From positions 736,001 to 800,000 of the forward strand of contig CAVRAG010000008.1 of the NCBI GenBank assembly GCA_963718895.1: a DNA stretch of 64,000 nucleotides. The letters run 5' to 3'. Position 1 is the first letter of the stretch. Every line of letters starts with the position of its first letter. Shown piece after piece: positions 58,655 to 64,000 of this stretch. The stretch is from an uncultured Nitrososphaerota archaeon (lineage in GTDB: Archaea > Thermoproteota > Nitrososphaeria > Nitrososphaerales > Gagatemarchaeaceae). The translations under genes were made by a program, and so were the position numbers. The notes under the pieces were generated by a model, which ran no database searches, was not told where the DNA came from, and saw only the letters and a list, made by a program, of their open reading frames with translations.

Positions 58655-59153
58655 ATGACAGAAAAGAACGGCAAGGAAAAGTCCCAGAGACAGGACAAAG
58701 ACGACTCTACAGCGCTGGCCATTCCGACCATAGGGTTGCCGGGAATCTTCGAGGGTTTCATGAAGCCCTTCGACGAGTTCATGGCGCCACTATTTTCGAG
58801 TTCGGCCGGTTCGATCTGGACCGAGCTCAGCGGCAAGGAACCTAGGCATGGACTTCCAAGACCGCGGAGACAGCTTCGTGCTGACGGCCGAGCTTCCAGG
58901 CTTCGACAAGAAAGATGTCGAGGTCCGCATCAGCTCCAACGCCCTCGAAGTGAAAGCGGAGAAGAGCTCAGAGAAGAAGAGCAAGGACGGCACACAAAGC
59001 TCTTACTCGTCCTTCCACAGATACTTCAGTCTCCCAGAGCAGGTCGTCTCGGAGAAGGTCAACGGGACCATGAAGAACGGCATCCTCGAGCTGAAGCTCC
59101 CCAAGAGCGAGCCGAAGCCCAGGGACGCCTCAAGAAGGGTGCACCTTAACTAG
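58655..59153 (+). CDS. hsp20: Small heat-shock protein Hsp20 (one +1 frameshift at ~58846)
   Basis: AELPGFDKKDV, FHRYFSLPEQV, MKNGILELKLPK; halves join at CCT AGG C ATG. Confidence 0.88.
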
Positions 59154-59185
59154 GTGCCCCCGTTTTTTGCTTAAGGTGAGCGCCA

Positions 59186-59854
59186 TTGGATCAGGAAGAG
59201 CTTGATTCCCTCCTGCAACTAATCGAGAACCCTGTACGGCGCAGAATAATCAAGAGGCTGAGCCAGGAGCCGGGCTACGCGCTCCAGCTCTCCAAGGAGC
59301 TCGGACTTGGGCAGCCCCTCGTAGCCAAGCACCTTACGATAATGGAGCAAGCGGGCCTCGTGACCTCGGCGCCGGAGAGCAGCTCCAGCGGCCCCCGGAG
59401 AAAGAAGTACTCGCTGGCGAGGAGCGTCTCGATAACGATGGACGTCGCTCCGAACCTGTTCATCGAGCGAGGGGTGGCGTTCGAAAGCCACGCGCCGGGC
59501 AGGAGGGGGGCCCAGCGCGATACTGGAGTGCTCCGCGGTCGCGTCCAGAGCGCCGCGAAGGGCGGAGATGACAGAGAGCGACTCTCACTGCTCGCGGAGG
59601 CCCTGAAGGACGTGGACGCGAGGATGACCGAGGTCGAGGAGGAGCGGGTGGACCTGTTGGAGATCAGGAACCAGGCGATGCAGGAGGCCGCTAGGATCGC
59701 AGTCAAACTTGAAGGGCTCGACAAGAGGAGGGTGCTCTTTCACATCCTCGACGAGCACGACATGGAAGCCGAGAGCATCTCTGAGTCGCTGAACATCAGG
59801 GAGTTCGCCGTCAGGACAATCCTGAAAGAACTTGGAAGGGACTTCCTGGACTAA
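59186..59854 (+). CDS. ArsR-type wHTH plus coiled coil, Phr/HSR1-like heat-shock regulator (COG1777-like)
   Basis: ENPVRRRII..LS.EP.Y..QLSKELG, GPRRKKY, coiled-coil C-terminus; directly follows hsp20. Confidence 0.8.
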   Translation: MDQEELDSLLQLIENPVRRRIIKRLSQEPGYALQLSKELGLGQPLVAKHLTIMEQAGLVTSAPESSSSGPRRKKYSLARSVSITMDVAPNLFIERGVAFESHAPGRRGAQRDTGVLRGRVQSAAKGGDDRERLSLLAEALKDVDARMTEVEEERVDLLEIRNQAMQEAARIAVKLEGLDKRRVLFHILDEHDMEAESISESLNIREFAVRTILKELGRDFLD

Positions 59855-59873
59855 TCCGAACCGAATCTCCCAG

Positions 59874-60212
59874 TTACCTCGCCGGTCTCCTCTTGTCCGG
59901 CCGGGAAGCGTTCTGAGACTTGTTGTTCCAGGCCAGAGATAGGGCTCGGCGGACGGATTCTTCGCTGGCCTCCTCTAGAAGCACAGTTGTTGAACCTTTG
60001 CGGCCCCAGCCTCCTTTCACAGGCACGAAGGCCGCGGGCTCTTGTTTGACCAGGGCTTCCTGCTGCGTGGGTGTGAGAAGAACCACCCCATTCCCCTTGA
60101 AGAGGGTGGCGAATATCTTTCCATCGACGCGAAAATCCGGGTGATCCATGTGGCTGCCTTCTGCCGCGCCGGAGAAGCTGAGTGCCACCCTCGTGTATTC
60201 GTCCGGCGTCAT
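59874..60212 (-). CDS. MmcQ/YjbR family protein
   Basis: EGSHMDHPDFRVDGKIFATL, GGWGRKGST. Confidence 0.9.
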   Translation of the reverse strand: MTPDEYTRVALSFSGAAEGSHMDHPDFRVDGKIFATLFKGNGVVLLTPTQQEALVKQEPAAFVPVKGGWGRKGSTTVLLEEASEESVRRALSLAWNNKSQNASRPDKRRPAR

Positions 60213-60238
60213 ATGTGTTAGATCACCCTAGCCACGCA

Positions 60239-60580
60239 TCACGCCAGCTTGAATTCCCAGCCCCACTCCTCCCCGCCATCCTTCGCGCTGTCGATGTACT
60301 GCACGAGATAGGCCACCAGCTGCTCCTTTGGAATCTCTTCTCCATCGTCATTCACGAACTCCATACCGTGCGGGTGGATACCATAGCTGCCCTCGAGGTC
60401 GGGGGCGGTCACGGAGCAGAGCTTGATGCTCACGGCACCGGAGGGACTGGAGAAGGCCAGGCTCGTCCCTGTAGAGTCGGTGAAGACATCGATCGAGCCC
60501 CCCTTCGGGACGCTCAACATCACCGGAACGAGCCTTTCGAGATTCTTCCCAATGATTTGCCAGGACCTTTGGCTGTCCAT
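60239..60580 (-). CDS. Hypothetical protein
   Basis: Coding-like ORF filling the gap; TAAATA upstream. Confidence 0.6.
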   Translation of the reverse strand: MDSQRSWQIIGKNLERLVPVMLSVPKGGSIDVFTDSTGTSLAFSSPSGAVSIKLCSVTAPDLEGSYGIHPHGMEFVNDDGEEIPKEQLVAYLVQYIDSAKDGGEEWGWEFKLA

Positions 60581-60771
60581 CGCATTTGATGAGATGATGG
60601 CGGATATTTACGGGTATTTTTTGGACCTTCGGTTCGCCAGTTCTATCGTGCCTCGGGACGGTGACGCCTGACCAAGCCGTAGAAGAAGAACCGGTGGCAA
60701 CAAAATCCACCTAAAGAGGAGGCCGGCGCATGCCATCGTAAGCGCGAGCGGTACGCGTTTCGGATATCTTC

Positions 60772-61209
60772 TCATGCGATCCATCGATGAAGGGCACCAT
60801 CCAGACTACAACTTCGTGGCTTAGCCGCTGCGGCCCCGTCTCCGAGCCGGCGCATTTGATATTTGCCCTGTCCCGTGTACTTCTCTGCAATCTTGTCTAT
60901 GTGCGCCTCTGCTCCATCGAAGGTCGACTCCTTGACGAGTCCCCTGATGACGGCCATGTTGTAGGGACTGGCCCGATCGCAGACATCGAGTGCTATCTTG
61001 GGGTTCTTTGTGGCGTTTCTGTGTTTTTGGCTCCCTTCGAAGGCGTTGATGGGGACGATGTCGCCTTCGTGATCCACCCAGGTCTGCGTGACGTGAGGGG
61101 AGCCGTCCGGCATCAAAGTGGCGACGTCAGCGTAGGTCCTTGCCTCGATGAGCTTCTTGACGGAATCCGGGAGCGGCTTCATCTTGAGCCAAATCATGTT
61201 TTGTGTCAT
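60772..61209 (-). CDS. PPOX-class F420-dependent oxidoreductase, C-terminus apparently truncated or replaced
   Basis: ATLMPDGSPHVT..WVD, K..N..KNPKIAL, HIDKIAEKY; the usual terminal R-V-xx-I-P strand is absent. Confidence 0.75.
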   Translation of the reverse strand: MTQNMIWLKMKPLPDSVKKLIEARTYADVATLMPDGSPHVTQTWVDHEGDIVPINAFEGSQKHRNATKNPKIALDVCDRASPYNMAVIRGLVKESTFDGAEAHIDKIAEKYTGQGKYQMRRLGDGAAAAKPRSCSLDGALHRWIA

Positions 61210-61318
61210 ATCTGGTTAGTGGTTCTTTTGTCGGAATCCAATCCGGACTGGATACTGGCACCCAAGGCCAAGCCAAGACTTATCTTGGTTTGAACTCCGG
61301 CGAGTCGAGACAACCCCC

Positions 61319-62599
61319 GTGAACCCGAGCGCCGTCCTAGGGAACAGGAACTTCGCGCGCTTGTTTTTCGCAGGAGCCGCGTCGGTCGGAGGGTTCTCCA
61401 TAGGTCAGGTTGCCATCAACTATCTCGTCTACACCAGCACTCACTCCTCCCTCGATCTGGCAGTCACCGGGGTCGCCTTCACCATCGCTCTGGTGAGCCT
61501 CAGCCTCTTCGGCGGGACACTTGCGGACAGGCAGGACAGAAGGATGCTGATGATCGTGTGTGATGCGGTGCGAGCTGTGTCTCTCGCGCTGGTGACAATC
61601 GCCCTCCTCTTCCTGGGGTTCAACCTCTGGCTTGTTCTTGCTGGGAGCTTCGCCCTGGGAGCATTCAGTGCAGTCTTTCAGCCTGCAGAGCGTGCGATGA
61701 TCCCCGCGATCTTGGAGAAGGACCAGCTCGCCGATGCCAACGGCCTGATCCAGCTCACCTCCTCTCTGGCGCAGGCACTCTCGAACGCGCTGGGAGGCGC
61801 TCTGGTAGTCATAGTCGGGGCCATCCTAGCCATCGGCCTCAATTCGGTGACCTTTCTCGTCTCGGGACTCCTCATCGCCACGCTCACCACGCACAGGCCC
61901 TCTCCGGGGGAGGCGGCCGCCGAGAATCCAGCGCCGGCGAAGGCGAAGGCGGGTTTCTTCGAGGACACGCGCGAGGGGATGAGATACCTAGTGCACAACA
62001 GAGGTCTGCTGTTGCTCACCGTCTCAGCGGGGATCGTAAACCTCTTCTTCGGGATGACGCTGCCCTTCATCCTCATCTACACAACGCAGATGCTGCAAGG
62101 CGGCGCAACTACCTACGGAATCTTCCTCGGCTTGTTCTCGCTGGGCGCAGCCCCAGGCGCGCTCCTGGTCGGGAGGACCGGCGCTGTGAAGAGGGCCGGC
62201 CTCGTCTGGATCCTGACGGGTGTCCTCATAGGGATCCTCATCGTGGCCCTCGTCCTGATTCCGGAGCCTATCGTGGCCTTTTCGGCCATCTTCCTTGTCG
62301 GAGTGTTCATCGGCTTTGCCGTGACGACGTGGCTCTCGATAGTGCAGATCATAGTCCCGAACGAGATGCAGGGAAGATACTTCGGAATCGACCAGCTCGG
62401 GAGCCTCGCCGTGATCCCCGTCGGCCAGATAATAGGCGGACTTGCAATCGCCGCTTTCGGGATATCGTGGACGTATGGGATCGCTGGGGGAGGGATTGTG
62501 CTGACGACGCTTCCTTTTCTTGCGTCTGCCGACTTGCGGAAGCTAGGGTACTCCAAGGCTCAGGAGCGGCGGACGGATGTTCAATCCGAAGCCCGTTGA
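61319..62599 (+). CDS. MFS transporter (DHA3/MefA-like)
   Basis: NRNFARLF, motif A GTLADRQDRR, FQPA..A.IP, VP.EMQGR. Confidence 0.92.
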   Translation: MNPSAVLGNRNFARLFFAGAASVGGFSIGQVAINYLVYTSTHSSLDLAVTGVAFTIALVSLSLFGGTLADRQDRRMLMIVCDAVRAVSLALVTIALLFLGFNLWLVLAGSFALGAFSAVFQPAERAMIPAILEKDQLADANGLIQLTSSLAQALSNALGGALVVIVGAILAIGLNSVTFLVSGLLIATLTTHRPSPGEAAAENPAPAKAKAGFFEDTREGMRYLVHNRGLLLLTVSAGIVNLFFGMTLPFILIYTTQMLQGGATTYGIFLGLFSLGAAPGALLVGRTGAVKRAGLVWILTGVLIGILIVALVLIPEPIVAFSAIFLVGVFIGFAVTTWLSIVQIIVPNEMQGRYFGIDQLGSLAVIPVGQIIGGLAIAAFGISWTYGIAGGGIVLTTLPFLASADLRKLGYSKAQERRTDVQSEAR

Positions 62600-62679
62600 T
62601 CCTCTGATGTGGTTGGGCCTGGGATCTGCTGGCGGCAGGGAGATATCAAAGCAGGAGGAGTGACAATTGCCGTCCCGTC

Positions 62680-63582
62680 CTATGGACTGGCTTGTTGCGA
62701 CAGAGGTGGGACGACTTGGATCTCGAACAGATTGGGCCACATCTTCCCAGTAACGAAGAGCTGGTTGGTCTGTGCGTCGTACGCAATCCCGTTCAGGACG
62801 TCGTTCGCGAGGTCGCAGTTGCAACCCGTCAGGTTTTCTATCCCGGTGAGATCTATCCAGGCGGTAACCTGCCCCGTCGCTGGGTTGATCACCGCTATCC
62901 TGTTGGTGAGCCAGACGTTGGCGAAGATGCGTCCGTTGATGTACTCCAGCTCGTTGAGGTTGTCGACCGGGGCGGTCCCATCGCGCACGGTTATCTCGCC
63001 TGTCCTTTGGAACGTCTCGGGGTTCAGGAAGTAGAGGTTGTCGCTCCCGTCGGACATGATGAGCTGGGTGCCGTTGTCGGTAAGCCCCCAGCCCTCGTCG
63101 GGGTAGGTGAAGTTCCGGAGCAGGCTGAACGTCTTCAGGTCATAGACGAACCCCATGTGGCTCTGGTAGGTCAGCTGGATTATCGTGTTGTTGAATACCG
63201 TGATTCCCTCCCCGAAGTACTGGTCGGGCAGGTGGTAGATCTGGAGGACAGCTCCCGTGGTCAGGTCGACCCGGCGCAGGGACGAGTCTCCGTTGAGGCC
63301 CGTGCTCTCGTATAGGGAGCCGTTGTAGTACGTGAGCCCCTCTGTGAAGGCTCCTGTGTCGTGAGGATAGGTGTTGATGACCTTGTAGGAGTAGACAGAA
63401 GCCGTCGATGCGATACTTGTGACAGTCGTCGCCGTGTTGAGGGAGTGCGTGCCAGAGGAAGCCGATGAAGTGTTTCCGGGGGTTGCGAAGTAGTAGGTCG
63501 CTGCGGCACCCCCCGCAAGCAGGATGGCCACGAGGACGATGGCGAATGTGAGCTTTCCGGTCCTTCCGATGGCCCTTCTCAT
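62680..63582 (-). CDS. Membrane-anchored glutaminyl-peptide cyclotransferase (plant/bacterial beta-propeller type)
   Basis: YPHD..AFTEGL, LYESTG, FGEG, EGWGL, SDGS, LNELE, VLNGIAYD, TGKMWP; N-terminal TM plus S/T linker. Confidence 0.93.
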   Translation of the reverse strand: MRRAIGRTGKLTFAIVLVAILLAGGAAATYYFATPGNTSSASSGTHSLNTATTVTSIASTASVYSYKVINTYPHDTGAFTEGLTYYNGSLYESTGLNGDSSLRRVDLTTGAVLQIYHLPDQYFGEGITVFNNTIIQLTYQSHMGFVYDLKTFSLLRNFTYPDEGWGLTDNGTQLIMSDGSDNLYFLNPETFQRTGEITVRDGTAPVDNLNELEYINGRIFANVWLTNRIAVINPATGQVTAWIDLTGIENLTGCNCDLANDVLNGIAYDAQTNQLFVTGKMWPNLFEIQVVPPLSQQASP

Positions 63583-63738
63583 GTCAACGGTGGGAGCGGT
63601 TTCGCGCTTCAATTATGCGTTTGTCCTGCAGTCCTGCAGGGATCTTCTTCCGGGTCGGGCTGCTCGCAGAACCTTTGGGGACTCGACCCGATTACATTAT
63701 AGGCAGCGACTGGCCGTACGCTCGAAGCGCAAGATAAC

Positions 63739-64000
63739 GTGACGGCCCCCGACGTAGGCAGACTGCGGACGGAGTTCAAGGCACCTCACGAGCTCGTGAC
63801 GACCTCTGACGGCAAGACGATCTTCCTCAGGCACTGGGTGGGGGCGAGGCCGGATCTTGCAGTCCTCATCTTCCACGGGATAACGGCGCATAGCGAGCCC
63901 TACGGGAAGCTCCTTGCGGAGGAGGTTGCGAGAGCCGGTTTCAACGTGTTCGGGATGAATCTGAGGGGGCACGGGTTGTCCGACGGGACGAGGGGCGACT
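63739..64000 (+). CDS. Alpha/beta hydrolase (lysophospholipase-like), 3' end outside the window
   Basis: Manual translation TSDGKTIFLRHW...LIFHGITAHS...NLRGHGLSDGTRGD. Confidence 0.85.
   Translation, partial: MTAPDVGRLRTEFKAPHELVTTSDGKTIFLRHWVGARPDLAVLIFHGITAHSEPYGKLLAEEVARAGFNVFGMNLRGHGLSDGTRGD

Overview
GC-rich archaeal chromosome segment, most consistent with a heterotrophic non-ammonia-oxidising Nitrososphaerota or a related soil/peat lineage. The taxonomy is inferred from thermopsin, pyruvoyl arginine decarboxylase, DUF996, HTH-10 and Phr-like regulators, and from TATA boxes about 25 nt before mostly leaderless TTG/GTG/ATG starts. No rRNA, tRNA, CRISPR array or transposase was seen. Metabolic genes: an Opp/Dpp ABC operon, two CocE/NonD hydrolases, an aldehyde dehydrogenase, thermopsin, a papain-like protease, PII, pdaD and an amino-acid catabolic cluster. 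Other content: tiny bacterial-type stress genes, two class III adenylate cyclase-TPR proteins, an orphan contractile-injection tail-tube gene pair, a ubiquitin-like + BNR propeller pair, DyP, an arsenic island, Hsp20 with a Phr-like regulator, and a membrane-anchored glutaminyl cyclase. Strongest leads: (1) a possible archaeal 'Q-rule', where four secreted proteins expose Gln at +1 and an outward-facing glutaminyl cyclase is present; (2) an arsenic regulon with a shared AGTCAATAA promoter motif and an unusual Cys-rich wHTH; (3) two intergenic structured-RNA candidates sharing motifs; (4) the orphan tail tube. Several +1 frameshifts look like consensus artefacts. All family calls are from motif recognition by eye, not database searches.
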